Both the position numbers and the translations under genes were made by a program. Below are positions 1 through 14,956 of a stretch of DNA of 64,000 bases, piece by piece. Source of the stretch: the human T2T-CHM13v2.0 reference genome, Homo sapiens; NCBI RefSeq assembly GCF_009914755.1, contig NC_060935.1. The stretch is one strand, 5' to 3'. The notes under the pieces are model-generated. The model did no database searches. It was given only the letters and a program-made list of their open reading frames with translations, and was not told where the DNA came from. Numbering within the stretch: the first letter of the stretch is position 1; the number at the start of each line of letters is the position of its first letter.

Positions 1-108
1 AATAACAAAAATATCATTTTAGAAAAATGTATTATGTACCAGTCAGGATGGTAAAGACTCTGTATTGATTATTTCAGCTTGTCCTCACATACACTTTCAT
101 ATATCCAT

Positions 109-452
109 TGATATGGTTTGGCTGTGTCCCCACCCAAATCTCATCCTGAATTCCCATGTCTTGTGGGAGGGGACCCAGTGGGAGGTAATTGAATCATGGG
201 AGCAGGTCTTTCCTATGCTGTTCTCATGAGAGTGAATAAGTCTCATGAAATCTGATGGTTTTATACAGGGGAGTTTCCCTGCACAAGTTCTCTTTTCTTG
301 CCTGCCACCATGTAAGACATCCCTTTCACCTTCTGCCATGATTGTGAGGCCTCCCCAGCCACATGGAACTGTGAGTCCATTAAACCTCTTTCTTTGTAAA
401 TTGCCCAGCCTCGGGTATGTCTTTATCAGCAGCATGAAAATGGACTAATACA
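109..452 (+). mobile_element. THE1 (THE1A/B-like) MaLR solo LTR inserted in a MIR
   Basis: Starts TGATATGGTTTGGCTGTGTCCCCACCCAAATCTCATC and ends GGACTAATACA; perfect 5-bp TSD TCCAT at 104-108 and 453-457. Confidence 0.93.
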
Positions 453-1253
453 TCCATTTTATAGATGAAGAAAACTAAAATTCAAAAGAGAGTAAGCAAC
501 TTACCCAATGTCATCCAGCTAGAGGAGAAAGGGCTGCGGCCCATCAAAGAATTAAGATGATGCCTTACCTGAAGCAACCTAAGCATCTGTGGTTAGGAAG
601 CATTTTCTAGGTCCCTAGAGAGGTGAAGCACACCATGAAACAGGGGGCAGGGAATCATCTGACATAACAACTTGACCCAAGTGCCCTCTGCTCTCCTCAC
701 TTTTTCAGTTATTACTCAAAGGGTAACAGACCCCACATTGACTTACCTACCATCTCTGATGAAGAAATACATAGGAAAATACAAAAACACATCTCAGTGA
801 ATATGGCAGGAGCTGCTGGGTGAAGAATGTCCTTTTTCTTGGAATTGTTTCCCTAGGAAGAAAGGACAGGTCATTCATGCTAGGAGACATGAAAACTTGG
901 AGCTTTGATATAAAGACCAGGAACTGAATGGTATACAATTAGCAGCATGTTCCCTTTATCTCTCATGGTCTAATTGTCAATATTGAACAATTTCAAGCAT
1001 CACATTTTCACTTCATGTTATCTTGTTATCTTATTCTGTGGTTTCATCTGTTGGATCTTCCCAACTGGACTGCTAACTCTTTGTAGATACAGACCATAAT
1101 CCTGCTTCTTATACATCATCCCCCACATCCCAGCACTATGCTGGTCATAGTGTGGGTGCCTAATGCATGTTTGTAGTCTGATTTCTGGAGTCACCTCCAT
1201 TGCAGTCAGATTCAGCTACTGAGGACTCTGCTGGACATTAAGATGTCAGAACC

Positions 1254-1553
<300 letters not shown>

Positions 1554-1825
1554 AGATGTCAGGACCATGAGAACCCAGAGAGTTTGCAGAGTTACCTGGC
1601 CTCGCACTGAGAACAAAACTGACCCTCTTTATCGTTTTCTGGGACACCAGGCAAGCTTTGGCAAGATTTGGTATCTGTAGCAGACTCCAGATACTTTTTC
1701 AGGGGTGGATTGATCTCAGTATGAACAATAACCCAATGTTGCCACTGCCAGAGTTCAGGGAGTGGGGAGGGAGGGCTACCTGAAATTATGCTTATAAAAT
1801 GTACATGCTCACATTCTTCATAAAG

Positions 1826-2065
1826 AGGAAGTATAGCGTGGCAGTTAGCACAAACTCAAAGCCTGATTTCAAATGTCGACTATGCTACTTGCTAGCTGTG
1901 TGACTTTGGACAATCTACTGAACCTCTCTGTGCCTTAGTTTTTTCACTTGTAAAATAAATGATAGTACTTATCCTATAAGATTGTTGTGAGGATTAAATA
2001 TGTGTAAAACACTTAGAAGAGTTTCTGGCATATAGCAAGTGCTGTATAGAGATTAGATATTATTA
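1826..2065 (+). mobile_element. MIR
   Basis: MIR core ctagctgtgtgactttggacaa...ctctgtgccttagttt...gtaaaat...gttgtgaggattaaat. Confidence 0.85.
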
Positions 2066-2286
2066 TTACTAACATCCTTACTTAATAATAATTATTACAG
2101 CATTCTGCAGATATAACATATCTTTACTGCTCTTTGCAATGTATATGCTTTATTTTCTCCCAACAAATCTGTGTAACAGGTTTTATTACTGCCCTTACTT
2201 CAGAGAAGATGCAATTTAAGATTAGAAGACATAAGTGACTTGCTAAAAATCAACAATCATATGCCCATTTCAATACACACTAATGT

Positions 2287-2396
2287 TCTTTTGTTTTTAT
2301 TTTAGAGACAGAGTCTCTAAACTGGGCTCAAGTGATCATTCTCCCATGTCAGCCTCTTGAGTAGCTGAGACTACAGGCACACGCCACTGTGCTGGC
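2287..2396 (-). mobile_element. FLAM/FAM-type Alu monomer with internal deletion
   Basis: Reverse Alu-monomer sequence flanked by 13-bp TSD TACACACTAATGT (2274-2286, 2397-2409). Confidence 0.85.
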
Positions 2397-3019
2397 TACA
2401 CACTAATGTGTTTTGATGATGATGACCTTCAGGTGACTGTCAGCTTCTGCATGCCTGGAGTCGGGGATGAGTGGATGGCTCAGCAGGGCCCTGCTGGCCC
2501 ACTGGATAGGATACAGAGCACCATCTCTCTTTGCTGGCTGACCACCACATAGCTGAGTTCATGCTTGTGCCCAGTGTCTTGCCTCTGCTCACTTTTCAAG
2601 AAGAATCCCTTGGAAAATGAGACCCAATTTTTCTTACTTTAATCATCTTTGTCATCATTTTTTCCCATCACAGTATGACTTGTACACTATAGGCACTATT
2701 CCCTGGGGGAAAAAACATCTCCTGACTGCTGCCAGTTTCAGATATAGCCCATTTAGTTGGACCAGAAATGAGCAGGAGGCCAGGGTTTTGGGAAGTAGGC
2801 ACTGGGAAGCTGGCATCCTCCCTCCTGGGGCTATTAGCCACTGAAGAGCTAGTACATTCTGCTGATGGCATCTCCTTTGTACAGGCATTCCACAAATATC
2901 TGCAGACCTGAAGCAAGGCGTTGGTGGGATTACAAGGATGAATCAGACCCAGGCAGTGCACCTCATAAAACTCACAGCCCAGGGGTGGGTAGCAAAGCCC
3001 ATGTACAACAATCTGTAAT

Positions 3020-3235
3020 GCTGGAGCCTGCCTACCTCATTTCACATCCTACTCTTGCTCTTACTACAGATCACTAGGCAAGTTACCTACTTTCTCTGTG
3101 CCTTAGTTGCTTATCTAGAAAATTTGGATAACAATCACACTTACCTTGAAAGGATTAAGTGAATTAATGCATATAAAGCTCATAAAACAGTGTCTGGCAC
3201 ATGGTAAGCATTTAATAAAAGTTATTCCTATTATT
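3020..3235 (+). mobile_element. MIR
   Basis: ggcaagttacc...ctgtgccttagtt...ggattaagtgaattaat...cagtgtctggcacatggtaagc. Confidence 0.8.
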
Positions 3236-3400
3236 ATCATATACTATATATTATTATATACTATCAATTATATAGTATATGCTATAATACTATGTAGTAT
3301 ATATACTATAGTTATACATATAAGTATATAGTATATATATATAATATATACCATGTATGTGTCATATAACATATCTAACATATATTATATATACTATTAT
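3236..3400. repeat. TA-rich low-complexity repeat
   Basis: Degenerate (TA)n/(TATAC)n tract. Confidence 0.85.
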
Positions 3401-3491
3401 GAAAATGATTAGATATTAATACAAAGTTCTGTAATAACACCATAGAAAGGGAATTATTTCTGACAAGGCAGGTTAGAGAAAGATGTAGTTA

Positions 3492-3799
<308 letters not shown>

Positions 3800-5357
3800 G
3801 CATAATAGTCACTATTTGTCAAAAGCTCAAAAGCCAGCTCATAAGCATTATTTAATACAGTCCTCCCAAAACACTACGAGCAGATACTTGCCACCTTTTG
3901 ACTGCAAAAGCTCATCCTCAGAGAGGGTAAGTAACTTGCAGGGCAGTTCCATGGTGGAGCCCATTTGCACCCAGGTGGGGCTGTCTCCAGAGTCCAAGTT
4001 CCTAACCACTGTACCTTATTCCTCAGGATATGTGACTTCCAATGAGAATCAGAAGGGCAGGAAAAGTGTGGAGTGTCAGGGTTAGGATGGAGAGGGCACA
4101 GAGGCCTCCATGGCCACAGCCCAGTGCCAGGGCAAAGGGGCTCCATCAGTGCAAGTGAAAGAACACTAAGACCCCTCCACTCTGCACAGGCTTACCTCAG
4201 CCAGGCCCTTGGAACATGTAGCCTTCCCTGTCCTAAGCCTCCAAGCCCATGTCATAGATGCAAGTCCCAGAGGACAGGTGGAGATGGTTGTGCTGAGTCA
4301 CTGGAGCTGAGGCCACACTTGATGGGGCAGGAGAAGCAGGAAGCCATCCCCTCTCCTTCTCATTTATTTCCCTTACGTCCTCCCACTTCCTTTTGTCTCC
4401 TGTTTGGTGAGATCCCCATTACTACAATCTGCTTAGAGCCCCCTGGGCCTGGCTTACTGCTCCTGGGGAAGAGATGCAGGGGACCTCAAGAAAGGTTCCC
4501 AGAAGCAGGTGAGGCTGCTCGGGAATGAGTGGACGAGCAGACTCACTGCAGGGAAAACCAAGAGCTTATAGCTATATGGCTATTGGCCCAGGACCACCTG
4601 CCTCCTCCAGCAGCCATCCCTGACATCAGTGTCCTCACCTGCACCATTCAAGAGAGGGTTTCAGACAAACAGGGGACCAGGTGTACAGCTGGAGCAAAGT
4701 AGTCAAAACAGAGCACCTTTGCTTTCATTCATTTCTACCTGAAGGTGAGAGGTGCAAAGAGAGATCCTGGATGACCTGAAGACTCTTCTCTCACCAGGAA
4801 ATTCAGACCCATGAGAGATGGCAACATAAGCTAATGAAGTCATCTTCAGGGCAACCCAAGTGAGCATCGTGCACCTATTCACCTATACAAAGACATTTGT
4901 CAAGAACATACTGTGTGCCAGGCACCAGGTAGGTGGGATGACAAATAGAATCCCTACCTTCTAATGAGGGAGGCTTTTGAGTAAGCAAATATTATAAGAC
5001 AATGGGATTCGTGCTGTGATCAAGGAGACACAAGGTGCTGTGGGAGGAAACAAGATGGCAGCCAATCTGCTAATGGGAGGGTGGATGTGGGCAGGATGCA
5101 GTGGACTCTGAGTCGAGTTGAAAAGAAGAAGTGGGAATTGCAGTTAGCCAAGGGAAAAAGTGGGATAACGCCATTTCAGAAGGAGGAAGAGATGGGAATG
5201 GGTGTTTATGCAGATGTTTGTGGTTACAGAAAATCAAAGAAGCTCCCATCTGACTGCATATATTTCCTCTGAGAGGGATAGAAGAGGTGGTAGAGGAGAA
5301 AAATTTAAAAATCACCCCTTTAGGAGATGATAGGAGCTGGAAAAGGAGCTGGCTAGG

Positions 5358-5813
5358 TGCTGTGGTTTAGATATAATTTGACTCCACTGAAACACATGTT
5401 GAAATTTCATCCCCACTGTGGTGGTGTTGAAGGCAGGGCCTAATAGGAGCTGGTGAGTCATAGGGGGATCGCTTGTGGTGCGATGGCTTGGTGCCATTCT
5501 CAAGGCAATGGGTGAGTTCTTGCTCTTGAGAAATGGATTGGTTCTTGGGAAAATGGATTAGTTCCCATGAGAGTGGGTTCTTATAAAGCCAGGATGTCCC
5601 TGAGGTTTGGTCTGTCTTCCCATGTGCCCACTTCCTCTTTGACCTTCTCTGCCTGTCTTGATGCAGCACTAAAGCCCTCACCAGAAGCCAAGCAGACGCC
5701 AGCACCATGCTTCTTTTACAGCCTGCAGAACCATGAGCCAAAGAAAATTCTTGTCTTTATAAACTACCTAATCTCAAGGTATTCCTTTATAGCAACACAA
5801 ACAGACTAAGACA
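5358..5813 (+). mobile_element. MSTB-family MaLR solo LTR
   Basis: TGCTGTGGTTT...GACTAAGACA termini, 456 bp; perfect TSD CTAGG (5353-5357, 5814-5818). Confidence 0.9.
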
Positions 5814-6303
5814 CTAGGGATATAAGTCATGCGCACAGGACTCTCCCATGTCAGTATCCTCTTCCTAATGAAGGGTTCAATTGGGATTTCCTATCTTTTG
5901 GATGGTTTTGGCATATGAAATGCTGTGTGCTATGGTAGGAAAAAAAAGCAATTTCCTGAAACATTTTATGTAAGTTATCTCATTTGATTAACTCTGCTTT
6001 ACAAATGAATAAGCTAATGTATTGGAGTGATAAGTAACTTGCATAGTGTCACATACTTGGGGAAGTGAAAACCTAAAGAAGGTGAAGGACTCATTCTTCC
6101 TGCTTTAGGTGCACGGAAATGATGGAAGTTGAAGACAGATCTCCCTACTCCAAGTCCTAAGTTTTGCACTGTTAAGTCAGAAGACATAGTTCCAGTCTCA
6201 GGTCTGTTACTAACCTGCAATAGGCTCTTGAATTAGTCATTTAACTGCTCTAAGCCTCAACTTCCTCATTTGTAAAATGAGTCTATGGGCCTTTCTGAAA
6301 CTC

Positions 6304-6472
6304 TTTTTTTTTTTATACAGGGTTTTGGCTCTGTCACCTCAGACTCCCATGTAGCTGGGACTACAGGTGCACAGCATCACACCCAGCTAATTTTTTAATT
6401 TTTTGTAGAGACAGGGATCTTACAATGTTGCCCATGCTGGTCTCAAATTACTGGGCTCAAGCAATCCTCCTG
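6304..6472 (-). mobile_element. AluJ fragment with internal deletion
   Basis: poly-T followed by gtagctgggactacaggtg...tttttgtagagacaggg...ctgggctcaagcaatcctcc. Confidence 0.85.
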
Positions 6473-6839
6473 ATATAACTAGAGATTCAAGAATGGCCCC
6501 TAGAATCCAACCCATGAGCCCTCTAGCCTAGGAATGAGGCTTTGGCAGGAAATATCAAAGATGGGTTTTCTTTCATTTCCACAACCCTATAAGGTTTGGG
6601 AATTCCAAATAAACAAATTTACCTTAATAATTTGTTGACCTAATTTGTTGCTGTCTCTCCATGCACGGAGAGATAGCATGCAATCAGTACAAAAGACCAA
6701 AAGTAAGCACTATGACCAACTCATTGTGTGCCCTTGGTCAAGGCCACCTCACCTCACTCAGACTCAGTTTATTCAGCTGTGAGATGAAGTAGAAGATCCT
6801 TAAAGTCCATCCTACTTTAAATGTCTCCCACAAACCTTA

Positions 6840-8020
6840 ACTCATATAAGCAAATGCATCCTCAACCTGTCCACTGATTTTCCAGTAAGCATTTCTAACT
6901 TAACATGTCTAAAACAAAATCCACAATTTTCCCCATCAAATCAGCTCCTCTTGCAAATGGCAATCATATCTAAGTTTCTCGGACAAAAAACTTGGGGTCG
7001 TCCTTGGCTTCCCTCCTTTTTTCATCCTCTGCACCCAGCCTGTCAGAAAATCCTATTAATTTTACCTTCAAAATATGTCTAATATACTACTACTTCTCAG
7101 CATCTCCGCCGACATTACCACACTAGCCTAAGCTATCATCATTTCTACCCTAGATTAACGTGATCCTTCTCTACCTGGTCTTGTTGCCTCTAATTTTGTC
7201 CTTCCACAGTAACAGCAGCCAGAGTGATCCTTTTAAGGCATAACTATGCCCCTGCTTTGTTTAAAACCCTCCAATGGTTTCCCATCCCACTTGGGCGGAG
7301 TCTCAGGTTCTCATTCTGACCCACACCCTAATGATCTGGCATCCTCCTGCTCCTTTCTCCTTCTACTCTCCTCCTGTTCATCCTGCTCCTGTCTCCTTCT
7401 ACTCTCCTCCTGTTCACTCTGCTCCAGGCACACTGACCCCCTTGCCGCCCCTTGAACAGGCCAACCATGGTCCTGCTTAGAGGATTTTGCACTCACTGTC
7501 TCCTCTGCTGGGAAAAGATTTACCTGGCATGCTCCTCCTTTCTTCGGGTCACTGAGCAGATGTTGTCTTACCAAGGCAGCCTTCCCTGGCCATCCTATTG
7601 GAAATAGCACTCATGCACATTCCACCCCACCTCCACTTTCTAATCCCTTAACCTGCTTTCTTTTCCTTCATATCATGGACACACTATCTTGTACAAGCAG
7701 CATGTCTCAAATTGTAATGTGCACACAAATCAACCAAGGATCTTGTTACCTGCAGTTTCTGACTGTATAGGGTTGGGTTCTGCACTTGTAACAAGCTTTC
7801 AGATGATACCATTGCTGCTGGCCCATGGATCACACTTTAAGAATATAGAGTATACAGCATTTATTGATTTGTTTATGTCTGTCTCCTCCAACAAAAAAAG
7901 TAAGCTCCATGGTAGCCAAAATTTTGTCTGATTTTTGTTGGTCTTTTTTTATTTCTATATTCCTTAGCCTTTATATCAGTGTTTGGCACAGAATAGACAT
8001 AAAATAAATTCATTGAGGGA
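6840..8020 (+). mobile_element. L2 3' region, interrupted by MER5A (~7690-7848)
   Basis: L2 motifs aacttaacatgtctaaaacaaa, cagccagagtgatcctttt, cagtgtttggcacagaatag; MER5A-like ttgtaacaagc...gatgat...ccatggatcacacttt. Confidence 0.8.
7345..7416 (+). repeat. 36-bp tandem duplication
   Basis: TCCTGCTCCT(T/G)TCTCCTTCTACTCTCCTCCTGTTCA twice, 1 mismatch. Confidence 0.95.
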
Positions 8021-8663
8021 ATCATGAAGGTATGAGGCAGATACATGAGAACCCCAGAAGGTCATCCAGTAAAGTCCTAGGAGCTAGAGCAAAATCCAGT
8101 GGAATGGTGTCCTGAAGCAGACAGAAATATGATAAGTCAGAGAAGGCAACGGTGTCAAATCAGGTCAGCTGAATCCAGTGATTAGGTTTAAGAAATTAAT
8201 TGGACCAGAAATGAGAGACAAGGCCCAAGAGTCCAGGGCTACAATAGACCAGAAAGCTAGAACAGGGTAGAAAAGAAGTGAGCAGTTTCAAAAGAATTGT
8301 TTCAATCAAGACTACAATGCTCAAAGCCCACTTTGTGATGTGGAGATGTTATGGCCTATCAGTAGGCTGCTGTGGTTCAAAGGCACAGAGGTGGGTAGGA
8401 CAAATTCTATTTCATTTCAATCCATCTTGGAACTACTTGATTTTAGGATACAAGAAATGAGTTTCTTAAAGTTTACTATCTGTATTTGATTTAATTTGTC
8501 CTAAATTTCTTTCTTTCTAGCTTAAAAGATGTCCCATAACTTATGTATTTCAGGGTAATACAATAATTTCATGGTGTATTGCATACCACTTTGATGCTGA
8601 CACGGCTTTTCTGATGATGATGATTCCATTTTCACTTTCAAAAGGGTTTGAGGCCGTTTATAG

Positions 8664-8870
8664 AATAATAATAACAACAATGAATAACATTCATATGGTG
8701 CTTACTATGTGCCAAAAACTGTTCTAAGGACTTTACAGATATTCACTCATCTAATCCTTCCAACAGTCTTACGAGGTTGGTACCTTCATTATCCCCACTT
8801 TATAGGAAAGAAAACAGAATCCCAAAGAGGTTAAGTGACTTGACCAAGATCACTCAGCTAGCAAATAGCA
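8664..8870 (-). mobile_element. MIR
   Basis: gcttactatgtgcc...ccccactttatag...aggttaagtgacttgaccaagatcac. Confidence 0.85.
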
Positions 8871-9369
8871 ACACCTACAATAAGACAAAAAAATAAAATC
8901 TGTAAGAACCAAGTCATAACGGAAGAATGGCGAGTGGGAAGAAACTAATTTTATCATAAAACTTGGGGAGAGAATGTTATAACTCAACACAAAACTTCAT
9001 TGTAAGCTTCCTGGAAGCCCAGGGGAGAAGGAAAATGGGTTGGGCTTTATCCAAAGGTTACCTCAGGCAAATTTTAAGAGAGTCTTGTGACACTAGACCA
9101 GAAGCATTAAAGACGGGTGGTCGGTGTGAGCAATGCCACTCTAGAAGGCAGAGTCGGAGAGAAGTGCAGAGTCAGAGGCCACTGGGGTAAGTAGATTGAG
9201 GTGCCAAAAAGGCCAGCAACAGAGGTGGAGTGAGATAGAGACTAGAAGGAGGTGGAAAAGGTTCCAAACACAGAGAAGGCAAGAGTCAGCGTAAACCATC
9301 AATGCAGGGGAGGGTCAGCACTCGAGTGAGTCATGGAAATGCAGAATTCCGATCACAAAGTCCTTTTAT

Positions 9370-9525
9370 ACCTTGCTACTTAAAGTGTGATCCTTGAACC
9401 AGCTCAGGAACTTACTAGAAATATAGAATTTCAGGCCCCATCCAGTTCCACTGAATCAGAATCCACATGTTTCACAAGCTCCTCAGGTGATCGGAATGCA
9501 CACGCCGGTTTGAGAAGCACTGCTT
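9370..9525. mobile_element. MER5A-like DNA transposon
   Basis: cttgctacttaaagtgtg...actgaatcagaatc...tttgagaagcactgct. Confidence 0.75.
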
Positions 9526-11877
9526 TGGCATGGGCCTTGGTGAATGCCCACATAGCAGTAGACTCTGAACACACACCCAGTGCTGTGATAGGTGCCCTCA
9601 CATTCATTATCTCCTGGGATCCTCATAACAATCATACAATAAAGATATCCTTTTTGTACTCATTTTACAGATGAGGAAATTGAGGCTTACAGTCATACCT
9701 AGTGAGAAACAGAGCTGAGACTTGCCCAAACCAATTACCTTCCATTCCATTCAATTCATTTCTATTGGCATTTCAGTTAGAATTTATCCTGGCCAAGGCA
9801 ATAGCAGACAAGCTGCTGCTGGCATCATTCTGAAGGGTAGAAGCAGGGGACCTATATCAGAGTGTGTTACAGCAAGCAATGGAGGAAGGCTCAGCAGTAG
9901 GTTCTGATCGAAGAGAAGGGGACAGATGAGAGCAGGTAGGATGGATGTCTTCCAAGAAGGTACAACCAGAGCCTTCCGGGAACATGGCAAATTTGGCCCT
10001 GAATCCATCCAGAAAACAAGTCCTTCATATTACAACTGGGGTAGCTCCAGCCAGGCCACACTGCCCTATCTAAGACCCTCCCCTTCCCGCCCCCACCTCA
10101 GCTAGCTGCAGTGGTGTGTTACCCTTCTGACTGTTCCGTTCATTCAGCGAAATGTCAGTGTAGGAGCAAACTGAGAGTGAATGTGTCTTTCATTTGCCAA
10201 TTAGTCATGTACCACCTAACTGCTCATGTGTGTGATTTGAGCACGTGTGTTACATGTTACTTAATTTTTCCTTTATTGGTGATTGGTTTAATGAAGTTGC
10301 ACATGGGCCAGGATGGTCTTGTATCTAATTGGCTTCCACAGAGTACAAGGTGGACACAGAGTGCATGTTTAATAGATTTTTAATGATGGATCACCTCTTC
10401 TAGAGAACAAAACCAGAGCCCTCAGTCCCTCAATGCCCCACCAGGGAGAGCGGTCCAGGTGGAGGAGATGAGTCCTGAGAGCTGAGTGGGTCCACCTACG
10501 TGGGTTGGCCTGATGGTCCCTTCCTCGCCCAGTTGAACCCTCCTATCAGGGCTCAGGGAATCCCTGACACGCCTCTCCCCTCCTCTTTCATCTTCATGGG
10601 AAACAGAAACCACCAAATGTGGGTGTGTTGTGTGAAGACACTAGATGGTGTTCTCGTCCGGGCAGCTGTTTTGCTGTGTTGTTTTCCTGCCCCTTCCTGA
10701 GAAGATAAGATCTGGACAGGCTTGTGATTCTCTCCCACAGACCCTCAAAGGCAACAAGCAAGCCAAGTTCATTTCTCAGGCACCTTCTCAGAAGCACACC
10801 CCACATCAGTATGTTTAATGAGATCCGGGTCACTTGAAAGCAGCAGCGAAAGCAGCTTCCCTAAAACACAGGGCAAGATCAGTGCCTCCTCTGAGCTTCC
10901 CTTTCTTCTCCCAAGATCCCCAGGCAAAACTGATTTGCATGGGCAGCCAACTTGTACCTCCTAGAAGGAAACTTGAAGCCTGAAGTCGCTGGAGATACCA
11001 ACACCTTCCCCAGCTGTAGGGGGGTCGGGGGAGATGAGCACTTAACAGAAAACAAAATTTGCAGGTCTTTGGGGAGGCTGGGGAGAGGGAAGAAGACTGC
11101 TCTGGAAAACACAGAAGGAGAATAAAAGACAGAAACAGTTAAAAAGAATAAATGACTATGAGCACAAACTCTGCTACCTGGCTTCAAAATGGGATTGCAG
11201 TTGCAAGATGGCCCCAAGATATGAACTAACTCCTCTGGGACCCAGATCGAAGCCCAGGTGGCAACTGCACCTGCCTCACCCAGTGCAGAACACAGAATTA
11301 GTCCTGCTCTGCAAAGCCCTGTTATTGGCTTACTGTTACCAGTGACACCCCCTCCCCTGCAACCCAAAAGGACGGAAACCTAATTTTGATCACTTTTCCC
11401 TCCTCCAAAGCTGCTTCTCCTTCATTCCTCTACAGACCCCCTTATATTGTAAACTGGCAGCTGATAATACCATTCACTTTCAAACCAATGTTTACTGAGA
11501 AGTCAGAGGAAGTGAATATAAAAGATAGGGCTTGCAAAGACAGAGGGCAAAAGAATTGGAGATTTCTTCTTCTATTTGAAAGCATCATGCCCTCCTGACC
11601 TAGGTCCCAGAGACCAGGCTAGAGAGAGAAAGAGAGACACTGAGGTTCCTGGTGTATCTCCTGATGTGCAAAATGGCAGGAGGAGGAGGCTGGTATTGCT
11701 TATGGCCCCACGTGACCTAAGGATGACCTTTCCCAATGGTGAGCCCAACAGCCTCCCAGAGAATCAGGCCTCCAGAGCAGAGCTGGGAGGGGAAGACATG
11801 GCAGCCCTGGAGGCTGGGCCTACGGGGTGGGGGAAAATTAGAGGAGCCAGAGACCCACAGTTTAGAAATACAGTGGA

Positions 11878-12230
<353 letters not shown>

Positions 12231-14956
12231 TCATTCTGGGCAGCCTAGGGTGTCTTTAGCTGTTAAGGAGAAAGAGCTTGGAGGATGTGGGGAAGGGAAA
12301 GCTGGGGTACTACTGAGGGTTGAGCCTGGTAGGGGGATGGAGTTGCCTGGACTGAATTTTCAGGGCCTTCATCAGTTCCTTTTCTGTCCCCTGGAAAACA
12401 AACTGGGCCTCTCTTCCTCTCTCTCCCTCTCTTTCTCTCTCTCTCCCTCTCTCGTTTTCTCACTCTGGCTCACACACACACACCTTTTCTTGATTAGATC
12501 GTTACATTCAATCCTAGGTAGGTGTGCCTCTAATTTCGGGTCCCCAAGCACACACACCCCAGACCTCAGGGGACTTTGGCTTCCTGAGGTCAGGTCGGAG
12601 CACAAACAGATCTGAAACGCCGTTAGTCACATCATGGAAGGGAGTGAGTTGGGTGCTTCAGGTAGATCCAGAGTACACCTTGGCTCTCACTCGTTATTAT
12701 TTCTTAACAGTGTGAAACCCCCAGGACATCCCGACAGCATCTGTCCTGGGTGGGCAATGTGAGCAGAGAGCACGGGCTTTGAGGCTGGAGCCCCTGCATT
12801 TGTATTCTGACTCCACCGCCTACCCTGTCACCGTGAGAAAGCGGTTTGACTTCTCTCAATCTCCTTTTCCCCTAGGTAGGAAAGGGACAGTAATGGTCCT
12901 TAGTAGGACTGAATGAGATACTGTGTAGGCCCAGCATGGTGCCTGAGCAGATGAAAAACTCAATAACTCATAGTCATTCTTACTTTTAACAGCACTTCCA
13001 TTATCATTGTTATCCTCCAGGTCAGGAGCCACGCTGGGCCTGCGGTGAATTTTCTTAGAGTAGATTTTTAAGGGAGCCGGTCCCCAGCTCTTTCCAGAAT
13101 CCCCAGAAGCTATTAAGGATGTCTGTGTACATCCAGTTTGCCATGTTTAGTTAAACTTTGAGGGACTCACGCCCCAGTGCAGCCCACGGGGTTTTTGCAG
13201 AGCTGATGACTAATATTTTGTAGAGAGTCTGATGACTCCAATACACCTGCCTTATGTCCCTGGGTCTGAAACAGCTTTCTTAATAGACTGAGAGATTCAC
13301 TACAAGGACTCTCCTTTGTCAACATTTTACCAGCCCTGATGAAGGATTAAAAATTATGTTAACCAGCAGTTCTGACTTGGCTTCTGTCAGTCACAGCTTC
13401 GCATGGCTGCACTTGCTTCTCTCTTCCTCTTCCTCTTCCTGTCCCCTCTTTGCTGATCTGGACTCAGCCTGGTATTCTTGTCACAAGGTCATCGCCTAGG
13501 TGAGCTCAGCTCAGCGTGAAACAAAACAGCTCATCTGAAGGCACCACACAGTCCGTACTGGGAGGAGGGGACCCTCCTCAATCCCCTGCCTTCTCACAAG
13601 TGGGCTCTTTTGGTTCCATCTTGCAAAAGCTGGGCAGAAAGAATTTTAATCTGAGCTCTCGGAGCCCTTGGACACAGGGACAGCATGAACTGCCCCTAAT
13701 TCCTTGGGTGCTGGGTGGTCTGCAATCACTCCCTCATAGCACTGTCTGAGGGCTGACCACTCAGCTTGCAAAGATATCTAGGCACAATTTGTTTTCAAAA
13801 GGCTTGCATGTTTGTTATTTTTTGAACTTTGGCTTTAGATCAGTTTGGGTGTTCTCCAGAGAACAGCCACTCTGCTTCGGCATTGAAGCGTTCTCTCACT
13901 CACGCTCTCCTCCCTACTCCCAAGTGTCTTGAATCACTGCTGCATTGCAGGTTCATGCATCTGGACTGTTTTCATGTTCTTGGGGCATGGCGTCTATTTT
14001 ATAAACACACGGTCAGTTTACACTGCCTGGGAACTTAGGGGATTTCCTCTCTGTGGGAAACAGCTGTGAGGAGCTTGACCAAACTTGGCTTTGTGGAGAG
14101 TAAGACGTCGCCTCTGATCATCCACGTGGGGCAGCTGCACTGGCTGTGTTCCTGTTGTTATGCCTGAGGATTCTCCTAGAAATCTAAGCTAAGAAGGGAA
14201 GCTCATTATGCTCTCCTCCCTGGTTTCCAGTTTAGTTGTTCATGAGTGATTTTGCATATCATAAAACCCCATGTCTGTTCACCTTCACGCCGTCTGCCAG
14301 CAGCACCTTAAGCCATCTGACTGCTGTGGGACCTCTGAGGCCACAGAATTATGGCATCATGAAGCTGGAAGGGACTTTAAGAGAGCCATTCGCCCAACAC
14401 ATTAGATGAGCACTTATTATGTGCAAAGTGCTGTGCTAGATGCCATGGGTGAAGGAAGGTGAGAAAGACCCAGCCTCTGTCCTCAAAGAACTGACAGACT
14501 TTAGGCTTGGCCATCATCATCACAAAGCATTCTGTGACCTTCTTCTTCAGGTGGGCTCAAGGTGTCCTCCTTAGTTCATGCCCCCTGCTGAGCACTATCA
14601 CAGCACCTCCTATGCTGCAGTGAAGTGATCCTCATGTCTGTCTTCCGCATAGAATGTGAGCTTCCAGAGGGCGGGACCAACGATGCTGGGTGACATGGAG
14701 ATTCTGCAGCGCCTATCATAAGGTTTTCATAAAGGGGAAATAAGATTAAGAGTAGAAACACTCTATTTACTAGCTACTTAGGCTAACCACCAAAACCAGA
14801 GGAGGTTGGTAGCTCCCTGAAGCAGAAAGAACTAGAGAAGCCAAAGGGATACCACCAACCTTGAGAGTCCATGAAGAAGCTGGGAAAACCGGAAGCATCT
14901 AAGCCACCGTTCTCTTGGCCCTTCTGCAAACCCTCTCTGCCACGTCTGCAGGAGTT

